Shown: positions 9,443-18,475, numbered from the stretch's first letter. The stretch: DNA of 22,919 nt from Abditibacteriaceae bacterium (GCA_031372065.1 JANMKN010000371.1:1-22919), one strand, 5' to 3'. Notes: generated by a model not told the origin, from the sequence alone. Made by a program: numbers and translations.

Positions 9443-10792
9443 ATGTTACTTTCCAAACCACTTTTACGCCGCCGTCTGAGCGCCATCATCGAAGCCAAAG
9501 CCGCACAGGGCCACGAGGTTGACGGCCTCGAAACACAACTTGAATCGCTGCCCGATTCCTACGACGCGCTCGCCATATTCGGCGAAAGTCTGCGCGACTT
9601 GCCGATGCGCGCCGATTGGGAATACGTCGAGCCGAACGAACTGGAAGAAATCTGGGCGCAGTGCGACCCGAATCGTCCGCGCGGCGTGTGGCGCGAAATC
9701 ACACCCGCAGACGCGGCGGCGCGCATCGAAACCGCGTTTCTGAGTTCGGTTTGCGGCTGCGTTTTGGGCAAGCCGCTTGAAATTCACTCCAATCTGGCGG
9801 CGATTCTCAAAGCGGGCGAAACAACCGGCGAATGGCCGTTCACCGATTACGTAACTGAAGCGTTGCTCGATGAAATCGGCGGGCGACACGAATCGTGGTC
9901 GCAAACGGTGCGCGCCAACATCCGCTTTGTCGCGCCGGACGACGACCTCAATTATTCGATTTTGGGAATGCTTCTGCTCGAACAAAAAGGCGCGGATTTC
10001 ACCAAATCCGACGTGCGCCGCTTGTGGATGCATCATTTGCCCATCGATACCACTTTCGGGCCGGAGCGCACCATGATGGTGCGCGGGGCGCAAAGCTATA
10101 TCGGCGAAGAAGGCGAATGGCACGATCCCGAAGATTGGGCGAATGTGTGGAATCCGCTCGATGAAAAGTGCGGCGCGCAAATTCGCGCCGACGCTTACGG
10201 CTACGCCTGCGCGGGCAACCCCGAAATGGCCGCGACGCTGGCCTATCGCGACGCCAGTTTCTCGCATCGCCGCACCGGAATTTACGCCACGATGTGGACA
10301 GCCGCCGCCATCGCCGCCGCGCCGGTCGCCAAAACCCCGCTGGAAATCTTCGAGATTGCGAACCAATTTGTGCCGCAAAATTCGCGTTTCCACGCAGCGG
10401 TTGCGTTTGCTTTGGAAGAGGTGCGCCAATCGAGCGATTGGCAGGGCGGCCACGAACGCCTGCGCGCGAAATATGGGCATTTCGGCCATTGCCAAGTCTT
10501 TTTCGAGTCGGGCACGCTCATCAACACGCTGCATTACGCACAAAACATTGGCGACGGCTTTTGCAAACAAGTGATGCAAGGCAACGACACCGATTCATAT
10601 GGCGCAACGAGCGGCTCGATTCTCGGAATGTTCTTCGGCCCAGGTCATTTGGAAGCACGCTGGCTCGCACCGTTTAACGACGATATTCACACTGCGTTGG
10701 CGTGGTTCTTCGAGCGTTCATTATCAACGCTTGCCAAACGCATGGGTGAATTGCCCGCACGTCTGGCGGCGCCGCTCGGAGCCGCGCTTTGA
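9443..10792 (+). CDS. ADP-ribosylglycohydrolase family protein
   Basis: Motifs GCVLGKPLE, PDDDLNY, GAQIRADAYGY, DASFSH and GNDTDSYGATSGSILG (acidic metal-binding motifs of the ARH/DraG fold). Confidence 0.9.
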   Translation: MLLSKPLLRRRLSAIIEAKAAQGHEVDGLETQLESLPDSYDALAIFGESLRDLPMRADWEYVEPNELEEIWAQCDPNRPRGVWREITPADAAARIETAFLSSVCGCVLGKPLEIHSNLAAILKAGETTGEWPFTDYVTEALLDEIGGRHESWSQTVRANIRFVAPDDDLNYSILGMLLLEQKGADFTKSDVRRLWMHHLPIDTTFGPERTMMVRGAQSYIGEEGEWHDPEDWANVWNPLDEKCGAQIRADAYGYACAGNPEMAATLAYRDASFSHRRTGIYATMWTAAAIAAAPVAKTPLEIFEIANQFVPQNSRFHAAVAFALEEVRQSSDWQGGHERLRAKYGHFGHCQVFFESGTLINTLHYAQNIGDGFCKQVMQGNDTDSYGATSGSILGMFFGPGHLEARWLAPFNDDIHTALAWFFERSLSTLAKRMGELPARLAAPLGAAL

Positions 10793-10794
10793 GC

Positions 10795-12630
10795 ATGACA
10801 CCGGAATTTGCGCATTTGCGGGCGCGTCCCAATCGCGGATATTCACACGTTTTTCTGAAAAACGCGCTCGCCGAAAGCTGCGATGTGACAACCGTTGAAG
10901 CGGGCAATGTTTTTTCGCCCGGCGCGTGGACGTGCGGCATTAGCGTGGTCTGGCAAAGCGAAAACGATTGGAAAAGCCCCGAAGATTTGCCGATTGACGC
11001 GCTGGAATGGCGTTTTGAGGATGGCGAAAACGGCGGGATCGCGCCGGTTCTGCGCTCAACGTGGAACGATGGAGCAGCGAACTTTACGCATTGCCTAACT
11101 CACATCGGCGGCGAAGGCGCGGTGGGCGTGGATTACGCGCACATCGAAGTCCGAGGACAATACACGGGCGAAATCGGCGTTTTAGTGCGCGACATCGGCC
11201 CTGCTGGAGGCGAGATTTCGGCTTTGCGCTGGGACGAAGCGTGCCGGATGTTAGAAATCGGCGACGGGCCGCGCTTATATGTGGAAAGTGCGCCGGATGC
11301 AATCGCAATTTGGCCCGCCGATAAGAATTTCGATGCGCCCGCCGCGCTGCTTTTGTGGCGCGTCAACCTTGATGGCGCCGCGTTTGAACTCAAATTTCGC
11401 GTCGAACACGGTTTTGGCGACCACGCGCTGGGGAATTTAGCCGCATTGCCGCCGCACGGCCCGCCGTCGGTAAATGCGGGTTTCGAGCGCGCCATCGCCG
11501 ATTGGAAAACGGAACTTCCGGTGCGAATCACGGCGCTTGCGGACGAATTTGGTGGTTCAATGGCAATGGCGGTGGACGCGCGAATTTCTCGGCTGTGGGA
11601 AATGTGCGTTTATCATCTGCTGGCGGCTGCCGAGGCGGGATTGGCGCGCATTGGGGCGATCAATTATCCGCATTTGTGGCTGCGCGATGGGGTATTGGTA
11701 GCGCACGCCTTTGATTTGATGGGCCGCTACGATTTAGCGCGGCGCGCTTGCAATGAAATCGCGCCGCAGATTTTCGCCGGTGGTTTCGGCGCCGAAAGCG
11801 ATGCGCCCGGACAGGGCATCTGGGCGCTGGTTTCCCATGCGCGCGCAACGGGCGATTTTGTGTGGCTCGAAGCGCAGTGGCCGCATATCGAGGCACGCCT
11901 CCATTGGATCGAGCGCATGATGAGCGCGCAAACGCTGCTGCGCGCTGTCGGCAGCGGGCGAATTCCGGCTTATCTCAACACGCCCGCCATTAACGTGGTG
12001 TGTTTGCCCGCGAAAAACGGTTGCATCGCGGGGCGCATGGATTGGCACGCGCCGGATTTTTTCATCAATTGCTGGAGCGTGCGCGGCTTGCGCGATGGCG
12101 CCGAGGCCGCGAACTGGCGCGGAAACGAATGTGCGTCGCAGCGTTGGAATGAGATGGCCGATAGATTAGAAAACCGCGTTTTTCAGCATCTGCTGCCGCA
12201 TTACGGCAACCCACGCGACTCGATTATCACACCATATCCGTCAAAAACTTTGACCGGCGAAGAATTTCTGCCTGCTTTGCGCGAAAAGTTCGTCGCGTGG
12301 TTTCGCTCCGAGCGATTGGATGAAAACGGGCAACGCCGCCGCGAAAATTTGTGGACTTACTTCGAGGTTGCACAGATTCACAACGCCTTTCGGATTGGTT
12401 TGAAAGGCGAGGCGTGGACGTGTTTGGACGCGCTGCTTGACGACGAACTCGCTACGGGCGCTTTCCCCGAAGGCACGGCGGGTGGCAACGAATTCCTGCC
12501 GTTTTTTAACGGCGAAAAACGGCGCGGTTGGCTCGACCCGAAGATGGCGCGCGGCGGCAATATGCCGCACGGCTGGACGTGTGCCGAAATGGTAAATCTG
12601 CTTCATTTCATCGGCGTGCCGACTTCATAG
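10795..12630 (+). CDS. Six-hairpin (alpha/alpha)6 glycosidase-like protein, unassigned family
   Basis: ATG lies 2 nt after the upstream stop (the track uses TTG 10789). Motifs YPHLWLRDG, FGAESDAPGQGIW and MPHGWTCAE are typical of GH15/GH63-like barrels. Beta-rich N-terminus, no signal peptide. Confidence 0.65.
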   Translation: MTPEFAHLRARPNRGYSHVFLKNALAESCDVTTVEAGNVFSPGAWTCGISVVWQSENDWKSPEDLPIDALEWRFEDGENGGIAPVLRSTWNDGAANFTHCLTHIGGEGAVGVDYAHIEVRGQYTGEIGVLVRDIGPAGGEISALRWDEACRMLEIGDGPRLYVESAPDAIAIWPADKNFDAPAALLLWRVNLDGAAFELKFRVEHGFGDHALGNLAALPPHGPPSVNAGFERAIADWKTELPVRITALADEFGGSMAMAVDARISRLWEMCVYHLLAAAEAGLARIGAINYPHLWLRDGVLVAHAFDLMGRYDLARRACNEIAPQIFAGGFGAESDAPGQGIWALVSHARATGDFVWLEAQWPHIEARLHWIERMMSAQTLLRAVGSGRIPAYLNTPAINVVCLPAKNGCIAGRMDWHAPDFFINCWSVRGLRDGAEAANWRGNECASQRWNEMADRLENRVFQHLLPHYGNPRDSIITPYPSKTLTGEEFLPALREKFVAWFRSERLDENGQRRRENLWTYFEVAQIHNAFRIGLKGEAWTCLDALLDDELATGAFPEGTAGGNEFLPFFNGEKRRGWLDPKMARGGNMPHGWTCAEMVNLLHFIGVPTS

Positions 12631-12669
12631 CCCAATCATCTTGGCACAAGCAAAGCAAACTAAAAAATC

Positions 12670-12759
12670 ATGATAAAACGATTCTCTTCTTATTGCTTAT
12701 TATTCACCGCTGCGACACAGACGATGTTCGGCTCGCTCATTAGCCTTGGCGGGGGATGA
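12670..12759 (+). pseudogene. Possible orphan signal-peptide stub (MIKRFSSYCLLFTAATQTMFGSLISLGGG*)
   Basis: Short ORF with a basic N-terminus and hydrophobic stretch. An alternative frame continues ARSLALA-GDE, resembling a signal peptidase site. Confidence 0.3.
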
Positions 12760-12855
12760 ACGTGACATGGCGCTTTTCATGAGTTGAACGTCAACAGTTG
12801 TCGGCTTCGTCGTTTCAAAAATTCAAGCAGATCGGTTGTGGCGTGTGTCACATCG

Positions 12856-14787
12856 TCACTGCTGTTTTGGAGCAAGTGGCGTGATTTTGAATTGAATGGC
12901 TCCCTGTTGCAGTGGTTGCGTAAAACGCAATCCGAGGCGAACCGGATGTTTTTTGTTGTGAAAATTCTCCTTTATTGCTTCGGCATTGACCTCGATTGTG
13001 CCGCCCTGCGCTTCGATTTCAATTTGCACCGCGTCGCGGCCATCGCCCACGAGCAAACGTCCCGGCGCGGCCTGTTTCCACGAAGAAAATGTGAGCAGCG
13101 CCGTCTCGAAGGTCTGGGGCGAATCGAAAGTGAACTCGTCGCGCACCGTTAAAGCGGCAGCGCCTGCGCGCTCAAAACGAAAGATGCGTCGCAGATTTTG
13201 CAGAGACGGCACCGCGTAAAATGGCTTGAGGTCGAGCGCGAAGGTGTCGGCCTCCGGCGTAAATGACGGCGGCTCAAACCACCGCGCATCGGCGGGCTTT
13301 GGTTCGCCGCTTTGCAATTCGCCCGCGACGCGCGGCACCGAGTGGCCAAAGGAATTGTTGGCCGCGCTTTGGTAGCGTTGCCCGCTGAAGCTGCGCGCGG
13401 TGTAGATTTCGCGGCCCACATCGAGCAGCAAAGCACTTTGGCCAACGGCGACCACAAAGGTGCCCACGTCGCGGTGAGAATGACTCCCGACATCGCGCCC
13501 GCCTTTGAGCGCGACAGCGAATGGCCCGCCTTTATCGCCATCAAGGGTGCGGCGGCAAACTAAAACTCCGGCGCGGGCAAACCACGACCGATCGCGGGGT
13601 TCGGGAGCCGAACTCCCCGCAATAGGCGACAGGTCGGCGAAGGCAAACCCGACCGGCTCATACAAAAACTCGCCGTAAAACGGCGCTTCCGGCAAAGGTG
13701 CCAACGCTTGCTTCCAATCAGGGCGCGGCAGGGAGTATTTGTGAGCCACCATGTTCAAAATCCATGGGTGGGGCGCTTCGTCGGCGTGAGAATCGGCAAA
13801 GGCCGGATAAACGCCCGCCGACAACTCAAAGCGCGCGAGAAACAAAGCGATTTGGCGCACTTTGGGCTGCGCGAACAAATCAATTTGTCCTCCTGTGGCT
13901 TCAAAAAGCATACGGGCCAGCAATAAATAATGTTCAAACCCGTAGTTCCAGTAACCCAGTCCCTCGGAACTGTAACCCTGCCCATCGAAACCCGCAAGAT
14001 AATTGGAATTGTATTTGAGCGCAGCTTTAACGAACACAGTCCGCTCTTCCGGTGAAGGCAAAACCGCCAGTGCCGCGCCGGTCACGCCCGCCAGACAAAT
14101 GGCGTTCCAATTCATGCGGTCGCCCAGCCACTTCGCGGGCGCCGAGCCGTCCAGCATCGCGCGGTAAGGTGCAAAAACGCGGCGCTCCAATTCGCGAAGC
14201 ACCAGCGAGCGCGTCGCGGGTGACAAACGCTCGCCCAGCAGCGCGTAAGCCGTCGCCGTCGCCAATGCGGTTTTGGCGACTTCCAAATCAATTTCGACGT
14301 TGCGTCCTTTGAAATTAGCCAGCTTGGAGTCGTGAGCGTTGTCCACCCAGGTTTTTTCGGCAAGGGTGGTTTGAAGAACTTCTTCAATCGCGGCCAAGAA
14401 GCGCCCTCGGTTTTCCAGACATTCGGCCAGTGTGAGCGTTTGCAGCCGCAACGACCGTGCATTGCGCGAAAGGGTATGGCGGGTGCGCGCTCCAGTGCGC
14501 GAATATTCCAGATAATCGTCGTCGCTCACAACGGGAACCGGCAAGAGCAGCATCGCTTCGGCCTGCGCCAGTGTGGTTTGAAAAAGCGGCCACTTCGCCA
14601 CGCGATTCCACGCGGCGCGGTCGTCAATATTCGGCCCCAACCCACGAGGGCGAAGCGGCAGGGAAAATGGTTTCATCGGTTCGGGAGCCGCGTGCCCAGG
14701 CGGGCAAACGGCGCAAAACAAGTTCAGCACAAGGACGATGGCCAAATGCCGGAGGTGAAGAAAGAAGCTCTGTTTGAAAAGTAACAT
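12856..14787 (-). CDS. Secreted heparinase II/III-family (polysaccharide lyase-like) protein
   Basis: Signal peptide ends ...GHA-AP. Motifs AECLENRGRF, NWNAIC, EGLGYWNYG, YPAFAD, HSHRDVGTF and NNSFGHSVP. Confidence 0.8.
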   Translation of the reverse strand: MLLFKQSFFLHLRHLAIVLVLNLFCAVCPPGHAAPEPMKPFSLPLRPRGLGPNIDDRAAWNRVAKWPLFQTTLAQAEAMLLLPVPVVSDDDYLEYSRTGARTRHTLSRNARSLRLQTLTLAECLENRGRFLAAIEEVLQTTLAEKTWVDNAHDSKLANFKGRNVEIDLEVAKTALATATAYALLGERLSPATRSLVLRELERRVFAPYRAMLDGSAPAKWLGDRMNWNAICLAGVTGAALAVLPSPEERTVFVKAALKYNSNYLAGFDGQGYSSEGLGYWNYGFEHYLLLARMLFEATGGQIDLFAQPKVRQIALFLARFELSAGVYPAFADSHADEAPHPWILNMVAHKYSLPRPDWKQALAPLPEAPFYGEFLYEPVGFAFADLSPIAGSSAPEPRDRSWFARAGVLVCRRTLDGDKGGPFAVALKGGRDVGSHSHRDVGTFVVAVGQSALLLDVGREIYTARSFSGQRYQSAANNSFGHSVPRVAGELQSGEPKPADARWFEPPSFTPEADTFALDLKPFYAVPSLQNLRRIFRFERAGAAALTVRDEFTFDSPQTFETALLTFSSWKQAAPGRLLVGDGRDAVQIEIEAQGGTIEVNAEAIKENFHNKKHPVRLGLRFTQPLQQGAIQFKITPLAPKQQ

Positions 14788-14810
14788 ATGTGCTGTTGAT
14801 TGGTTCCTAC

Positions 14811-14832
14811 GTGTGGTCGAACGCGACCGTGC
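14811..14832. repeat. Degenerate copy of the REP-like palindrome
   Basis: GTGTGGTCGAACGCGACCGTGC forms a GGTCG/CGACC stem extended by G-T pairs. Core GTCGAACGCGAC fits GTYRAANNYRAC. Lies in the 57-bp intergenic gap. Confidence 0.5.
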
Positions 14833-14844
14833 TCGCTGTTGTCT

Positions 14845-17800
14845 TTACGGGGCCGGGTATAACTGGCCGGCAGGCACAACTTGCTCGAACTGGCTGGGAC
14901 TTTTCCATTCCAAACGGATTTTGGAGCCGTAAAAGCGGCGATTGACAAATTCGACTTTGAGGTCGTATTTCTGCCCGGCTTTGAGCGCGATTTCCGCTTT
15001 GTTCGTGCCGCCTTTCGCACTAAAATCGAACAAAAGTCGGCCATCTATAAACACTTTCGTGGCGCCGTAAACGGTGGTGTTGGCGCTTAGAACATAGGTT
15101 TCGGAAAAGAGCGGCTGAATCTGGCCCGTCCAGCGAATCGCATACGGTTTCGCCGCGTCAACGCCGGGAAACGGCTGTTTTTTGTCCCAATTGAAATCAA
15201 TGGTTTTGTCGATACGGGTGCCTTTGAGTCCGGTGAAATCCGGGTCGGAGAAATACTCGGCTTTGAGGCCGGTGCCGTTTCCGGCGGGCGGCAAGTCGTT
15301 GTCGCGAATGAGAAGAGAAACCGGTGGACCGTTGACGTTATAGCGTGCGCTCTGCGCCAAGGTGATGGTCAGGTTTTTATCGGCTTCGCCGATTTTATCA
15401 TCCAAAACTTCGAGGGGGAACTCGGTTTTGGGGTTGCCCGCCGCCAGTTCGACCGAACCCGAAAGCGCCTTATATTCGTGTCCGGGCACAGCGTTGCCAC
15501 CAACGCTATAAGGCACCGCCAGCGCCGCTGCGCCACCTTCGCGCCGGATGCTGAGAACGACGGTTTCGCCTTCGGCAGGCTGCGTATTGGAAGCCGCAAG
15601 CGTGACGGCAGGCAGCGCTTCGCCTGCCGGATAAAGCTGCGTGTTGGGAACCGCTTCGAGTTGTTGCGACGCACTTTGCCACGATAAAACAGCAGCCGTG
15701 TCCCTTTCGCCGAACCATTCAAACTTGAGCGCGACTTTTTTGCCCGCTTCCAAAGGCACGGTCGCCTTGCGTGTGCGGCCAGTGGCGTTCAAAACCAACG
15801 TGTCGCCAAGCCACAAACGGGCGCCTTCAGCGGGAACGGAAAAGGTGTAATCTTCGGAAAAACGCGGCTCCACCCAACCCGTCCATCGCACGGCCATCTC
15901 GCCGGCTTTGAGGCCAGCAGGCGGCGCGGTTTTCCAGTCGAAGTTGATTTGCGCATCAGTTTTGGTTTCCTTCCGTTGGGCGAAGTATTGGGTGCCGTAA
16001 TATTCGGCGCGAAGCCCTGTTCCCGTTCCGGGCGGCGCAGGCGCCAGTGTGGAAGCGTTGGATTCGTTAGAAATCGCCTGGCCCTTGCCATTGAAGGCGA
16101 CCACTCGGAATTGATAAGCGGTGGCAGGCGTAAGGCCGTTCAAAACGACGGAAGTTTCGTCGGCGCGAACGGCACGCACCGATTTCCATTCGGCGCCGGT
16201 TTTTTGTTCGATTAAATAGCCTTCGGAACCGTTTGCCGCTTTCCAGTTGAGCGCCACTTGTCCCGTGCTTTGTCCTACCGCCGTCAAATTGCCCGGCGAT
16301 GCGGGCGGCACGGTTCCGCCGCCCGCATCGCCGACAAAAAGCGAAACAAACTTGCCTTCACCGTCTTTGGGCGCCATCGCGTGGGTAAATTCGCGGGTCA
16401 CGTTTCCGCGCGTTTCGCGCACGGCGATATCAAAAGGGCCTTTGCGAAGCACGTCTTCGGCGAATGAAACGGAGAAGCGCGAATCCGTGCTGACGAACAT
16501 CGGCAGCGGGTTGGTGGCGCGGTTGGCGAGCAGAAAGGCGCTGACTTCGGCGGCGCCGTTGGTCAATTCGAGCTTGACGCGGTCGGCTTCGGTTTTCAGG
16601 CCGTGCAGCCACAAGGTTCCGCCGTTTTGCCGGATGTTGGGACGCCATTTGGGTTTGCCCTGAATAACGCCGCGCTCGGCGTTGAGTTGACGCGCCCACA
16701 CGTTTTGGCCGTTGATGTCGAGATACGTCGTGATGCAATCCTCGATAAACAAATCGCCCGCGCCCGGAGCTAAATAGATGGTCGAGGCCAGACTGGAGAC
16801 CACAAGAGTGCGCGGGCTGCGGTTTTCGATTTTGATGTTGCCATAGTTGAAGTCGAATCGCTCGATGAGCACGACCGGCGCCGCGCCTTTTTCGATGACG
16901 ATTTTAGCGGCGGTATCCTTGCCGAGTTGCGCGTCGTAAACGTCGTCGTCTTTGTTGTCGAAACCGCCCGTTGCCTCGCGGAACTCCGACTCGCAACCAA
17001 AGATGCGCCGCACGTTGCCGCGCACGAACACCGTGCCCTCCAGATGATATTTTTCGCTGTCGTTTTTGGCGCCCAGTTGCGGAAAATAAACCGTCGTGGC
17101 ACCCGAATCAATGGCCTTTTGAAAGGCTTCGGTGATGTCGAATTTCTGATTTTTCGCGCGGTTTTCCGGCTTTTGGCTGTCCGGCAAAAAACGCAAGACG
17201 TTGGCCCACGTTTTCGGGTCGTCCCAAGGCACGCCGGGCGTTTCCTTGATCGGCAAGTTGAGGCTGCGCGGCGGCGATGGGAACAGCGTGTTGACCGGCT
17301 GCGCCGTCCACTCGGTCACTTTGGGGCCTTTGATCTCCTGCGCGCCGCGCTTGATGGCGAGGTCGTAACCTGTCACATCAAGGTTGCGCACCAGCATAGA
17401 TTTGCCATCCCCCACCACCGCCGCACCGCCTGTGCCTTCACACTGGGCGTCAATCAGGGTGACGAGCGAATGGCCGCGCGTCACAACGGCAGGCACGTTG
17501 AGTTTCTTTTGCACACTGGAAAAGCCGCGCACAAACGCATACGACTGCGCATAGAAGCCGATTTTGTTCTGATTTTCGACGCGAACGTGCTCAAAGGTAT
17601 CAAGGTGGGCGCTTCCTCCATCAATGCCGGTGTCGAAGCCCAAAACGCGGATGTCGTTGATGAACAGAGGCCCGTTGGGGCCGGAAAAGTTTAAATCGAG
17701 GCCGATTTGGCCCTGCCCGTCGCCGGAGCGAATCGTGACGTGGTGCATTCCGCCCTGATTGCTCGCGTAAAACTGCATTCCAATCGCGCCGGGATTGCCT

Positions 17801-18273
17801 TTGCCTGTATCGAAGGTCATGTTGCGAATCGTGTTGCGAAACGCTTGTTCGGGCGCGTAGGAGATGCGAAAAAGCTGCTGAGGTGCCGCTGGATTGCCGA
17901 ACGCGGGCGTGTTGTCCTTCAGTTTGATAACCACGCCCGCCATGCTCTGGCCTTGCAAAATGCGCCGCGAGGGAACTTTACCCCTGACGCGCGGCGGCTC
18001 GAACGGCTTGGAAACCAGATAGGTGCCGTTGGGGAAATAAACAAGACCCGGCGCGTTAAACGCCGCTTGAATCGCCTCACTGTCGTCGGTCACGCCGTCG
18101 CCTTTGGCGTTGTAAGGTGCGGCTTTGACGTTTCTGATATTGGCGTCGTCGGGAAAGACGACGCTTTCCTCACCCAAACCGGCGGGTCGCGCATACAGGC
18201 CTGCCGCGACGGATGCGGCGCCCGACAGCATGAAGCCGCTCAACAAAGTCAAAGCCAGCAATAGTCTCTTCAT
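14845..18273 (-). CDS. Secreted multidomain beta-helix glycanase (Pectate_lyase_3/GH55-related) + FN3 + PA14 + Calx-beta + PA14
   Basis: Start moved to ATG 18273 (MKRLLLALTLL signal peptide). PYNAKGDGVTDDSEAIQAA and VYFPNGTYLVS, with a second DITEAFQKAIDSGATTVYFP. FN3: PPASPGNLTA...GLTPATAYQFRVVAFN. Two PA14 domains: GTGLRAEYY/GTGLKAEYF...RWTG. Calx-beta-like segment: EGETVVLSIRR...IRDND. Confidence 0.85.
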   Translation of the reverse strand: MKRLLLALTLLSGFMLSGAASVAAGLYARPAGLGEESVVFPDDANIRNVKAAPYNAKGDGVTDDSEAIQAAFNAPGLVYFPNGTYLVSKPFEPPRVRGKVPSRRILQGQSMAGVVIKLKDNTPAFGNPAAPQQLFRISYAPEQAFRNTIRNMTFDTGKGNPGAIGMQFYASNQGGMHHVTIRSGDGQGQIGLDLNFSGPNGPLFINDIRVLGFDTGIDGGSAHLDTFEHVRVENQNKIGFYAQSYAFVRGFSSVQKKLNVPAVVTRGHSLVTLIDAQCEGTGGAAVVGDGKSMLVRNLDVTGYDLAIKRGAQEIKGPKVTEWTAQPVNTLFPSPPRSLNLPIKETPGVPWDDPKTWANVLRFLPDSQKPENRAKNQKFDITEAFQKAIDSGATTVYFPQLGAKNDSEKYHLEGTVFVRGNVRRIFGCESEFREATGGFDNKDDDVYDAQLGKDTAAKIVIEKGAAPVVLIERFDFNYGNIKIENRSPRTLVVSSLASTIYLAPGAGDLFIEDCITTYLDINGQNVWARQLNAERGVIQGKPKWRPNIRQNGGTLWLHGLKTEADRVKLELTNGAAEVSAFLLANRATNPLPMFVSTDSRFSVSFAEDVLRKGPFDIAVRETRGNVTREFTHAMAPKDGEGKFVSLFVGDAGGGTVPPASPGNLTAVGQSTGQVALNWKAANGSEGYLIEQKTGAEWKSVRAVRADETSVVLNGLTPATAYQFRVVAFNGKGQAISNESNASTLAPAPPGTGTGLRAEYYGTQYFAQRKETKTDAQINFDWKTAPPAGLKAGEMAVRWTGWVEPRFSEDYTFSVPAEGARLWLGDTLVLNATGRTRKATVPLEAGKKVALKFEWFGERDTAAVLSWQSASQQLEAVPNTQLYPAGEALPAVTLAASNTQPAEGETVVLSIRREGGAAALAVPYSVGGNAVPGHEYKALSGSVELAAGNPKTEFPLEVLDDKIGEADKNLTITLAQSARYNVNGPPVSLLIRDNDLPPAGNGTGLKAEYFSDPDFTGLKGTRIDKTIDFNWDKKQPFPGVDAAKPYAIRWTGQIQPLFSETYVLSANTTVYGATKVFIDGRLLFDFSAKGGTNKAEIALKAGQKYDLKVEFVNRRFYGSKIRLEWKSPSQFEQVVPAGQLYPAP

Positions 18274-18295
18274 AGATTCTCTCTTGAAACGTGAG

Positions 18296-18466
18296 TTAAT
18301 TCGCACCGAAACAATGTTTCGCCGTATAGGTGGCGCGTTGCGATTGATTGTCCACCTCCAGGCCAAAGCCGGGCGTAAAGCGATAATTTCTCAGCGGCAC
18401 ACTGGCCGGCACAAGACAACACAGGGTCAGCATGAATGCCGGAGGCATGAATCCCATTGATTTCAT
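18296..18466 (-). other. Small 56-aa ORF with signal-peptide-like start, possible gene remnant
   Basis: MKSMGFMPPAFMLTLCCLVPASVPLRNY...AN*. Preceded by AGGGG and fills the gap between the LacI stop and the next start. Confidence 0.3.
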
Positions 18467-18475
18467 TCCGCACCC

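Noticed and set aside
9464..10579. 371-aa antisense ORF and many similar overlapping ORFs (e.g. 8333-9106, 16927-17694, 7696-8385)
   Set aside because: Shadows of well-supported genes in GC-rich DNA, with no recognisable motifs.
9443..10792. ARH as part of a toxin-antitoxin or anti-phage system
   Set aside because: No ADP-ribosyltransferase or defence gene nearby; the context is entirely carbohydrate catabolism.
763..14832. Palindromes as integron attC sites or CRISPR repeats
   Set aside because: No RYYYAAC...GTTRRRY box structure, no integrase or cas genes, and kilobase irregular spacing.
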